Notes under the pieces: generated by a model
Database searches by the model: none
Seen by the model: only the letters and a program-made list of their open reading frames with translations
Told to the model about the DNA's origin: nothing
Made by a program: the position numbers and the translations under genes
DNA from: Malacoraja senta
Taxonomy: Eukaryota
DNA length: 64,000 nucleotides
NCBI GenBank assembly: GCA_038087875.1
Contig: CM075994.1
Span: 1,924,001 to 1,988,000, forward strand
Reading direction: 5' to 3'
Shown here: positions 50,276 through 61,494 of the stretch, one piece after another
Numbering within the stretch: the first letter of the stretch is position 1
Layout of the letters: each line of letters begins with the position of its first letter

Positions 50276-52067
50276 GTGAGGATTTGTGAGCTGAGTATTT
50301 ATCGAGTCACGAGTATTTGATTGTCATGTGTACCGAAAATGGAACAATGAAACTCTTATTTGCAGCAACATGACAAGACTATAAACTTTACAGATACAGC
50401 ATGGAAGCAGGCCCTTCGGCCTACCGAGTCCATGCCGACCAGCGATCACCCTGTACACTAGCACTATACTACACACTAGGGACAAATTACAATTTACAGA
50501 AGCCAATTAGTTTTGAGATACAGCGTGGAAACGGGGCCTTCAGCCCACTGAGTCCATGCCGACCACCGATCACCTGCACACTAGTTTTATCCTATACACC
50601 AGGGACAATTTACAGAAGCCAATTAACCTACAAACCTGTACGTCTTTGAAGTGTGAGAGGAAACCAGAGCACCTGGAGAAAACCCATGGGGGTCACAGGA
50701 GTGAACATGCTATCTTCTTATAGACGGCACCCGTATACTGGATCATACCCGGGTTTCTGACGCTGTAAGATGGCAACTCTTCTGCTGTGCCACCTGTAAA
50801 CACGATAGATAGCAACCAAAGACAGTCCATAGCTTAGTTAGTGTTGTGTGGTGTTCAAGAGCTTGTTGGTTGTTTGGCACATATTTTAAAATATCACAGA
50901 CCCGTATATCATTAGATCATTTAAGCATCATCTAGTAACCATAGTCTATCATTGATTGCTGTTGAAGGACTCTTTTATAATATTCTCTTTTGGTCAGCTG
51001 TACGTTCATCTGGAAACAATCCCCCAGCTGTGTGTCCTCGCTCTTAAAATTGCATACTGCCCAGACTTAAATGCATTATTGTCCTATGCTGATCCCTGGG
51101 TGCTAATCCTGGAGCATTCTAACCAACCACACTGTGGGAAGGTCTTCATCAGATGAACGCAGTGAAACACCTTGTCAGGTACAATCAGGGACTGGTGATA
51201 AATATTTGTTTTCCCCGCATCATCCACACTATGAATTAATAAATAATAGGTACCCCTCCCATTGCTTTGAGGAGAAACATCATATGCTGCTTTTGATCTC
51301 TGTTGCCGCAATCTCCAACGTTCAAAACGAAGTTGTAGGTGCAGCATTTTTTAACATCTTTTAGAATTTAGAGATACAGCGCGGAAACAGGCCCTTCAGT
51401 GGTCCACACCGACCAGTGATCCCTGTACACTAGCACTATCCTACACACTAGGAACAATTTATAGAAGCCAATTAACCTACAAACCTGTACGTTTTTTGGA
51501 GTGTGGGAGGAAGCAGGAGCAGCCGGGAAAACCCGCGCGGCCACAGGGAGAACATACAAACTCCATGCAGGCAGCACCTGTAGTCAGGATCGAACCCGAG
51601 TCTTTAGTGCTGATATAGAGCTCTACCGCTACGCCACTGTGCCGCCCCACACCATTAGTGTATTTAAAAATTTTTGTTTGAGAACTGGAGTCTCCTCAAA
51701 TGTATGCCTTTGAACTGCTGTTTATACCCAACGATGTGATGGTTTGCTGGTGACATACAGCAAAGATTGAGCAGGTTAGGGCTCCTTTTATATAAAATAC
51801 TTGCAAGTTATTGCTGCCTCTGGCTGCAAGTTGTGAATAATGTTCCTAGAAATAAGACAAGACTAAATGGTTTGACTACCTAGATAAATGAAATTGCCGG
51901 AAAGGAGCACTGATGAATGTTAAAACAAAAGTCTCGAGCCGAAACGTCACCCCTCCTTTTTCACCAGAGATGGTGCCTGACCCGCTGAGTTGCTCCAGCA
52001 CTTTGTGTCTATCACTGATGAATGCCCTGTGTCTTACAATGATTAAATTGTCTTTCTTTATACACAG

Positions 52068-52257
52068 GGCTAACTCATTGCTGGAGAAGGTAGCGGCTGC
52101 CGTGGAACAGTCTGCATTTTATGGTGCACTTTGGGGGAGTATTCTGACCAGTCCTGCTGTACGGTTGCCTGGAATCACCTTTGTGCTTTCTCATCTGAAC
52201 CGGAAACTTTCGATGGAAGACCAACTCTATATCATTGGTAGCGATATTGAACTGATG
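52068..52257 (+). CDS. DOP1A: DOP1A coding exon 4 (ANSLLEKVAAAVEQSAFYGALWGSILTSPAVRLPG...SDIELM)
   Basis: 190 nt; acacag| and |gtactg; frame continuous. Confidence 0.96.
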
Positions 52258-52962
52258 GTACTGAGAATTTTGTTACCATGTAGACCACTTTTTTTTTAAT
52301 CCATGTCATCGTGAAGTGAATTAAATCTAAAAGTCGATGTAAGATTAATTTGCTTCTTTTGGGTGAACACATGTATTTTGAGTGATTTTGGTTAAAACTT
52401 GGGTCATAAAGTCTTTTCAAATACTTGAGTATCCTCCTTTGATTGGGATGGTATGGCCCGTTTCCATGCTCCATGTTCCTAGTGTTCTAATATATTACAC
52501 TTTTGTGTGACCGGATGCAATCTGAAGAGACTGTTCCCCTCCTTGTATCCCTTTTGTTCTCACACCTTCCCCAGCTAACAATGGGCCATAATCGGCTTCA
52601 CCATTTCCTGAGGTCATCTGTTGCCGGCCCTGATTTGTTCTGCTCTTTTCTCACCTCCAATTCCACACCCGCCGCCATTCCAAGTCTGATCTTTCAGTCT
52701 GAAGAAAAGTTCCGACCCAAAACATCACCTATTCCATTTCTCCAGAGATGCTGCCTGACCCGCTTAGTCCGCCTGGACTCGGCGGGCCGAAGGACCTGTT
52801 TCCAAGCTGTTTGTCTAAAGTCTAAATTAAAGTAACGGACAAACATCGAGACAAACTGCATAAGGGTGCTGAATAAACAATCATAATTGATTTTGAATCC
52901 AGAGTAGTTTTAAGTTTTCTTGATTTGAACAACGTTGCTATTTTTCTTGTTCATTCTGGTAG

Positions 52963-53061
52963 GTTGAAGCAGTCAGTGTTTCGGTGCAGGACTCCAGTGT
53001 CTTGGTGCAGAGGAGCACCTTGGATCTTATCTTGTTCTGCTTCCCTTTTCATCTGTATCAG
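52963..53061 (+). CDS. DOP1A: DOP1A coding exon 5 (VEAVSVSVQDSSVLVQRSTLDLILFCFPFHLYQ)
   Basis: Read directly from sequence (absent from the ORF track); 99 nt, phase 0-0; ggtag| and |gtatga; Dopey motif DSSVLVQRxxLD. Confidence 0.95.
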
Positions 53062-54504
53062 GTATGAACACTTCAATTAGGAAACCTAAAAATATGTCAA
53101 ATTTATAAATGCCTGGGATATTGAGAGAATCATAGAACTTTACAATGTGACACTTGGCTCACCGCATCACCGTCAGATTCCAAATACACTTGTGTTTACT
53201 CCTTCTCTTCACACCTTTTACGGAATGAATTAGCCAATGAAAATAGTGGCTTTGACATCAATGCTGGATATGACCCAAGGAGATAATGCTGACAGTGTCA
53301 GTGAAATAGTATTGGGTGGCATAGTGGCGCAGCAGTAGAGTTGTTGCCTTACAGCGCCAGAGTCTCAGGTTCGATCCTGTGACAACATGGGGTTTTTCCT
53401 GGTGGTCTGGTCTCCTCCATCATTCCAAAGTCGTGCAGGTTTAATTGGCTTCCGTAAATTGCCCCACGTCAGGGTGGACTCGGTGGGCCGAAGGCTTACA
53501 AAAAGGATGTGTTTTTTTAAGAATGTAAAACCCAGCATTATACAGATATCTCTAGGTAAGAATGTTATTGTTCTTAGTTAAAAGATACAGCAAGGAAAGT
53601 CCATGCTGACCATCGATCCCCCATTCACACTAGTGCTATGTTATCACACTTTTTCATCCCTACACATTCAGGGCAATTTTTTTTACAGAACCTACAAACC
53701 TGTATGTCTTTAGGATGTGGTAGAAACCAGAGGAAATCCACGAGGTCACAGGGAGAACGTGCAGATTCCACATACAGACAGCACCCGAGTCAGGGTCTCT
53801 GGTGCTGTGAGGCAGCGGCTCTACCAGTCGTGCAACTGTGCCGCCCCATTAAAGATGCAAATATCATTGAATTTGGAAGCTTTTGGATAATTTCACAATT
53901 CATGACACAAATAAACATACTTTTTAAAAAAGAAATTATCTTTTAATTTGAATATTAAGGAAGGTTGAAAGGTTAAACCAAGATGAATTGCATCTCAGCA
54001 TATTAATAAAAGTCAGGGAAGAGATAGCACAGGATTTTTATATGGTGGTTAGAGTGGCAGAAAAACAGTGGATTGCTGTGCTGAACTAATTATTATTTGA
54101 ATGTTTAAATTGGTTCATGCATTTAGTTTAGACTCAGCTGCAATATATTAATATACACCAGCCCAACTTGTCCGTGCCGACCACGATGCCCCTTCTAAGC
54201 TGGGGCGTGGGCCTAACAGGCCCATTTGCCTGCGTTTGGCCCACATTCCTCTAAACCTTTCCAATCCATGTACCTGTCCAATGTTTTTTAAATGTTGTTA
54301 TGGTACCTCATGTTGAGTTTCATTGGGATTGTGGGGAAGGTTGAAGTTGGGGAGGGGGTGAACTGGAGAATTGAAGTAACAGTCAATTGGAAGTTTGGGA
54401 CACATCAGCTGACTGAATGGAGGTGTCCTGCAAAGCAAAACGTACTTCAGTATCAAACCTCCTACATTAATGCAAATGTATTTTCTTCCCTTCTATTTCA
54501 TTAG

Positions 54505-54604
54505 GCCACGCGCCCTGATATGATACAGATATTATCTGCAGCTTTACACGTGGTCCTCCGGAGAGATATGTCCCTCAATCGCAGATTGTATGCATGGCTT
54601 CTGG
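54505..54604 (+). CDS. DOP1A: DOP1A coding exon 6 ([34 protein letters not shown])
   Basis: Conserved Dopey motif [16 protein letters not shown]; 100 nt; attag| and |gtgagt. Confidence 0.97.
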
Positions 54605-57127
54605 GTGAGTTGGAAGCACTTTTGCAAGTATATACTGTTTTAAAAAAAGGTGGCATTAGCACATATCCTATGCTTTAACTCTGGCAGTGTTATTCCCAGC
54701 TCACCTGATGATATATAACATTCTATGGAATGGTGAAAATGTAGACATTTAGATATGCAGCAGGGAAACAGGCCCTTCAGCCCACTGAGTCCGTGCCGAC
54801 TAGCGATCCCCGCACACGAACACCATCCCACACACACCAGGGACAATTTACAATTTTTACCACACCAATTAGCCTACAAACCTGTATGTCTTTGGAGTGT
54901 AGGAGGAAACTGGAGAAAACCGGTTCATGGGAACCTCATGGGGGAGAACGTACAAACTCCATACAGACAGCACCTGTAGTCAGGATCGAACCCGGATCTT
55001 TAGTGCTATAAGGCAGCATCTCTACCGCTGCACCACTGTGCTGCCAGATACTACGCTCTTTTCAATGTTCAGCAGTTTATTTAGTTTATTGTGATATGCA
55101 CCGAGGTACAGTGAAAAGCTTTTTGTTGCGTGCTAACCAGTCAGCAGAAAGGCTATACATGATTACAATGCCGCCCTCCACAGTGTACAGATACAGGATA
55201 CATGACAGTAATCAATGTTTCTTTGTCCATTCTTCGTGATGTTCCATGGTCATGAACACTTACTGTGGTACAACTGTGTATCTGAATGTGACATATTATA
55301 TGCCTCTTGTTCCCTTGACAAATAGTCTCCATTCTGAATATCAGTAAGCCTTTTGGATGGTGTAGGAAGGAACTGCAGATGCTGGTTTACACCAAAGATA
55401 GACACAAAATGCTGGAGTAACTTAGCGGGTCAGGTAACATCTCTGAAGAAAAGGAAAAGGTTACGTTTAGGATTGAAACTTGTTCTTAACCTTTTCATAC
55501 CTCAAGTTTCCCTTCCCCCTGATTCTCAATCTGAAGTAGTTTGGTTTAGTTTTGTTTATTGTCACATGTACTGAGGTACAGTGAAAAGCTTTTGTTGCAT
55601 GCTAACCAGACAGACAAAACATGATTACAATCGAGCCATTTAGGGTTTCAACCCGGAATGTCACCTATTTATTTTCTCCAGAGCTGCTGCCTGGCCTGCT
55701 GAGTTACTACAGCATTTTGTGTTTATCTTGGATGGTGTATTACATGGTTCACAAGACATTTTCTGTGCGCAAATTAAGAACTCTGATAATAGTTATGAGA
55801 ACTCTAATAAGAGTTACCAGTTCCTATCCATCCACAGTTGTAGATGATGCATACAGCTACTGTTGCACAGAATACCCCATTGAGAAGTGTAGATTGGATT
55901 CTCGTCTGTTTATGTACTCAGTCTTACAAGCACGCCTTGTAATGGGAGAGGTCGGAAATTTTTTGTATTTTGCATGTTTCTGTAACGATTTTATAAGAGT
56001 AGATAAATTGCGATGCGTGCAGTTTAGTATTAGTCTATATATTATAAATGAGTTGGTACGTTCTCCATGTGACCACGTGTGTTTCCTCCCATGCTCCAAA
56101 GATGTGTGGGTTTATTGGCATCAGTAAGATTGTAAATTGCCCTTATGCGTAGGATAGTGCTAGAGTACGGGGTGATCGTTGGTCGGCGTGGGCTGAAGGG
56201 CCTGTTTTCAAGGTGTATCTCTACAGTCCAAAATAAAGAATAAAGTCTAAAGATTGGCGATGGGAAAACTCAATTACTGTGGTTTTTGTTGTGGGCCGTC
56301 TTGTCTTCAGATTAGTTTCCCACTTCATTCTTTTCAAATTGGTTGCAGTAGTTGTGTGTTGAATTTAAATGAGACTCTGGATTAGTGTTTTGTAGCATTT
56401 TATAAACCATCCAGAGTGTCTTTAGATTTTCTCAAGAATGTGAAGCTGGCAGTGTGATTCAGAATCAGATTTTACGCTGCCACAGGAAAGCAGTCAACAG
56501 AAATCAAGGATCTTTCCACCTCGGTTGTTCCCTTTTCTCCCTACTCTGTCGGGCAGAAGATAAGAAGCTTGAAAGCACTTACCACCGGACTCAGGAATAA
56601 CTTCTTTCTTTCTGTTAACAGACTTCTGAACGGTTCTTCCATAAGCTAAGGTGTGGTCCTGATTTTCCAACCTACCTCATTGTGGACATTAGACTTTTTC
56701 TCTGGAACTGTTACTCTACAATGCCGTAACTCTATATTCTGCACACTGATATATTTATCTTTGCTCTACCTGTGGATTTGTGTGTTGCTGATTTTATTCA
56801 TGTACAGTATTGTCCTGATTTGACTGGATAGCACGCAAACAAAAGCTTTTCACTGTATCTCGGCACATTGACATACATCAACTAATACTAAGATGTAAGC
56901 ATTTAATGTCAAGATATTTTACTCCACCAAAAATCAGTGGAGAATTTTATAATCATTGAAATAACAAATTATATGTAACTTTTTATTTTGCATTCTTTAA
57001 ATGGATTATAATTTGGTAAGTAAAAAGCTTTTGTTACTTAATCTGAAGTCAATGCATTGGTGCAGTAGTTAGATCTACGAACACATTTCGATTGTGTACA
57101 TTTAACTCTATTCTTCAATTTACTTAG

Positions 57128-57233
57128 GATTGGATAACATGGTGTTATAGGCCCCAGAAGCACAAGGCACAGCAATCCAGAGGAACATGCAATCTACTAT
57201 TTCAATACCTTTTCCAAAGATCTACTGATTCAG
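57128..57233 (+). CDS. DOP1A: DOP1A coding exon 7 (LDN..GVIGPRSTRHSNPEEHAIYYFNTFSKDLLIQ), frameshifted near 57139
   Basis: cttag| and CAG|gtacat; GPRSTRHSNPEEHA recognisable. The 106-nt length is out of phase and gives an in-frame TAG at 57148-57150. Confidence 0.9.
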
Positions 57234-58323
57234 GTACATTTATTGTTCTTGCCCTTGAAGAACTTCTTTTCTGCAGAGGGGTTTTCGGGGTGGTTTTCAG
57301 ATCTGTTGGGGATGGAATTGTAGGGGAAATGGGTGTACATCAGGTGTGGCACAAGGAAAGGAGGTGGGGGAGGGGGGGGGGGAAGGGGGATAATAGGGAT
57401 GGGAGGGGGGGGGGGGGGGGTTAGAAATAGTGACCAGAATCTAACCAGGTTCATACTGAAAATGGATGGAAAAAACTTGCCAAAAATCAAGGTGCTGAAG
57501 AGGAATTTACCTGAACTTCAGAGGTCAGCAATGGGAGATATCTAAATGTTCAACATATAAGATACAGTAGTAAAGCAAATCCACAGTGCATCACACTTTG
57601 GGGTTCTGTCGATATAAAGAGAGGTTGGAAAAAAGTGGCATTTGATAATGATGTAAATATGTCGGTCATGGTAAATATGGGAATACCCTTCAAAAGCAAA
57701 AGTTATCGATGGGAAATCAAGAGATTTGAATGTACGGAGTTGACAAATTCAGTACGGAGTTTGTACGCTCTCCCTATGACCCCGTGGATTTTCTCCAGGT
57801 GCTCCAGTTTCCTCCTCCACTCCAAAGAAATGTTGGTTTGAAGGTTAATTGACTTTGGTAAAATTGTAAATTGTCCCTAGTGTGTGTGTGTGTACTCGTG
57901 CTAGAGTACGGGCTGATCACTGGTCGGCATGGTGGGCTGAAAGGCCTGTGTCTGCGCATCACACCTCCAACATCTGGAGTCAATCCAGACCTCGGGTGCT
58001 GCCTGTATGTGGAGTTTAAAACATCTCCTTGTGACTGTGGGGGTAACTCCAGGTGCTCTGATTAATTGGCTACTGTAAACTGCCCTGACTGTATACAAGA
58101 GTGGTAAAATGTGGAGGGAATTGATGGGAATGTGAGCAAACTAAATTGGGATTCCCATAGGACTAAGTGTAAATGGTGTTTGATGATTGGCGTGGACGTG
58201 GGCTAAAGGGCCTGTTTCTTTGCTGCATGGATATGTGGAAGATGCATACCTGGTGATTTTTCTTGTTGAACCGATTAACCTGACTTATTTCCCCTTCATT
58301 CCTCCCCCCCATCTTGATTTTAG

Positions 58324-58435
58324 GCCATGGTAGGAATCTTGCAAGGAAAGGATGCGGAGAGGAAGAACGTAATACCGTCACATGATCTGAAACCCTTTCG
58401 TATACTTATCAGTCTCCTCGACAAGCCAGAACTAG
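58324..58435 (+). CDS. DOP1A: DOP1A coding exon 8 (AMVGILQ...DLKPFRILISLLDKPELG)
   Basis: Conserved KPFRILISLLDKPELG; 112 nt; tttag| and |gtattg. Confidence 0.95.
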
Positions 58436-58547
58436 GTATTGTATTGTGGACTGGAATAACTTCCTAAGTATAAGTAAATGGGAGGGAGGGGAGGGGAGGG
58501 GAGGGTGGTCAGGGTTAAAAAGTAGATGTCTGCATGCCAGGCTTTTG

Positions 58548-58718
58548 ACATGGTTCTGTGTGGTAGGTTGGTCCGGAAGGTACATGGTTCTGTGTGGTAG
58601 GTTGGTCCGGAAGGTACATGGTTCTGTGTGGTAGGTTGGTCCGGAAGGTACATGGTTCTGTGTGGTAGGTTGGTCCGGAAGGTACACGGTTTCTGTGTGG
58701 TAGGTTGGTCCGGAAGGT
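58548..58718. repeat. 34-bp minisatellite, 5 copies (ACATGGTTCTGTGTGGTAGGTTGGTCCGGAAGGT)
   Basis: Direct reading; embedded in CR1-like RT sequence. Confidence 0.93.
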
Positions 58719-58794
58719 TAGGTTACATGCGATCCAGGGTGTGCTAGCCAATTGGATACAAAATTGGCTTAGAAGGAGAAAGAGGGGGTAATGA

Positions 58795-61282
58795 CAGGGT
58801 TCGAAATTAGAGGTTGCCCGGGTGCCATTGACCACAGAAAGTGCCCCCGGGCAACCTAAACGGCGACTCATTTTGCCCGGCTTGGCACCCAAATACTGGT
58901 TTATACCGATAGACGCAAAAAACTGGAGTAACACCGCGGGTCAGGCAGCATCTCCAGCGAATAGGGACTGACGTTTCCGGTCGGCGGCTGTATTCCTCTA
59001 GTATCTTTGATTGCGGGGCAAAGATACTAGGTGCGTGGTGACGAAGGGTCGGGGCGAATGACGGGCCCCGAACAGCGGCACAGCGGCCGCGACAATGGCT
59101 CCACCGCCTCCTCCTCCCGCACCCCGCCCGCGGGAAGGAGGCTCCCCCTCCCCCCCCCTCCCCCCCTCCCCCCCTCCTCCCCTCCTCCCCTCCTCCCAGC
59201 CTCAGCGTGCGGGAAGGGGGTGTTTTGAAAGCACCTTTTGCGGATTTGCCATCAGCGGCTCCTATCGCCCTGATAACGGTCGCTGCTTGCAACTCCGCTA
59301 ACGGCGCTTTCAAACCAACCTCTCTCGCACGCCGAGGCCAGGAGGAGGGAGGGAGGGAGGGAGAGGGAGGTCTCCTTCCGCCGTCTGAAGCAGCTGCACC
59401 AAAGATCCTGCAGCTATCGGATCTTTGAGCTGCACCGCTCGGCCCCGCACCTTCCTGTCGGAGGCGGTGGCGAGGAGGCGGCGGCACTTTGGCGTTGGAC
59501 AGGGACGGCCAAGGCAGCGGGGCGATGTGTCCGAGGAGCGCTGACCTTTCTCCTCCCCACCTCCTCTGCCCCTTCCCCCCCCCCTCTCTCTCTCTCTCTC
59601 TCTTGTACGCCCTCTCCACCCCTCTTATCCTGGGACCCCTCCTCTCCATCCCGCACTGATTCCCATTCCCTCCTCTATTCAGTCCTCACTGACATCCCTG
59701 TGCTCCCCTCCCCATCTACCCCCCCCCCAATCTATCATCACCCTACCCACCTCACATTGATTCTCCTGCCACCCCCATCCATCCTACACTGGTCCCCCAA
59801 TTCATCCTGTACTGACCCCCCTTCCCATCCATCCTGCACTTCTCCCCCCCCATTCATACTGCACTGATCCTCCCATTCATCCCGTACTGACCCACCCTCC
59901 ATTTACCCTGCACCAATCCCCCCATCCATCCTGTAGTGATCTCCCCATTCATCTTTTACCGATCCCCCATTCATCCTGTACTGATCCCCTCATTCATCCT
60001 GTAGTGATCCCCCATTCATCCTGCATAGACCCTCCGATCCACACTGTCCTGACCCCCCCCCCCCATCCATCCCATACTGATCCCCCCCATTCAACACCAC
60101 TGACATCCCCCGTGCTCTCCCCTCACAATTTTACATACTCCAACCAACACGTACTAATTCACCTGTCTCAATCCATCCATTCCGCACCGATTGCCTTCTC
60201 AACCCCCCCCCCCCCCCCCGCCATCTATCCAGCCCGCACTGACTCACACACCCCCTGACCCTATTGTGCTTCATGGTCTTCAGAGCGAACATTGATTATG
60301 TTTGATAACGGAATGTAATCAAATGTGTTTTAATTCCCAATGTTATTATTTGTTTTGACACCTTTAAACATATTACCAAAAGAACATTTGCTGCAGTTAT
60401 GTCCTTTGGCCATCTCTTGTCAGTTAGTGTAATGTTTAACCTGTCAGATGGGTATAGTTGGTTTTAACAGCTATTATCATAAAATGCTTTAGAAATTTCC
60501 TTGCGACCTGTATATTTTGTTATGGATAAATTATGTGGGAAGCCAGAGTGTTTCTGTGCCAATAGCAATAACGACCTATGCTATGGCCATTAATAAAGTA
60601 AAAATCAATCAAATCAATCAATCATGGTAATTATCGGTCCTTCACAGAAAACATGCTTGCATCAATGTGTAGTGTGTATGGTTAAGCATATATGTTACCA
60701 TGGTCCAGGATTTATTGATGCTGAATAATCCAACCACATTTTTGTTTGGAAGTGGAAAGAACTAATAGGAATTGCATTAATTGAATGTGTAAAAAGAGTT
60801 GAGATATTGTATTATAATTTTGCTGCATGTCATTGTGGTATATATCATGCCTTGATTGGTGAATATGTTTAGTTTGTGAGTTATTTGAAGCAGAAATAAT
60901 ATGTGAATGTAGACAAAAGTGCTATGGAGCGAAGGAAATAGGCAATGTTTCGGGCCAAAACTCTTCTTTCAGACTGATGGGTTTCGGCCTGAAACGTTGC
61001 CTATTTCCTTCGCTCCATAGATGCTGCTGCACCCGCTGAGTTTCTCCAGCACTTTTGTCTACCTTCGATTTTCCCAGCATCTGCAGTTCCTTCTTGAACA
61101 TAATATGTGAATGCTTCATTGAGCATAATTCCGACTGGTAACTACGCACTTCGTCCGAGCACATTATCGCACGCGTCATGCAAAACCGTCTTCAATGACC
61201 ACCTAAACTGTCATTTGGCAACCTAAAAAGCTGTCAAGGTTGCCCGGCTGGCAACAGGGAAAAAAGTTAAGCGAGTGCCCTG
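58795..61282. mobile_element. hAT-like non-autonomous transposon
   Basis: CAGGG...CCCTG termini with imperfect TIRs; subterminal GGTTGCC/GGCAACC repeats at both ends; AATGA repeated at both flanks (not a full 8-bp TSD). Confidence 0.55.
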
Positions 61283-61294
61283 AATGAAGGGTTG

Positions 61295-61494
61295 NNNNNN
61301 NNNNNNNNNNNNNNNNNNNNNNNNNNNNNNNNNNNNNNNNNNNNNNNNNNNNNNNNNNNNNNNNNNNNNNNNNNNNNNNNNNNNNNNNNNNNNNNNNNNN
61401 NNNNNNNNNNNNNNNNNNNNNNNNNNNNNNNNNNNNNNNNNNNNNNNNNNNNNNNNNNNNNNNNNNNNNNNNNNNNNNNNNNNNNNNNNNNNNN
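61295..61494. other. Assembly gap (200 N)
   Basis: N run. Confidence 1.

Noticed and set aside
58548..58718. CRISPR-like array
   Set aside because: Contiguous 34-bp units with no spacers, in eukaryotic DNA.
58807..59649. 280-aa ORF
   Set aside because: GC-rich, stop-poor transposon interior with no recognisable domain.
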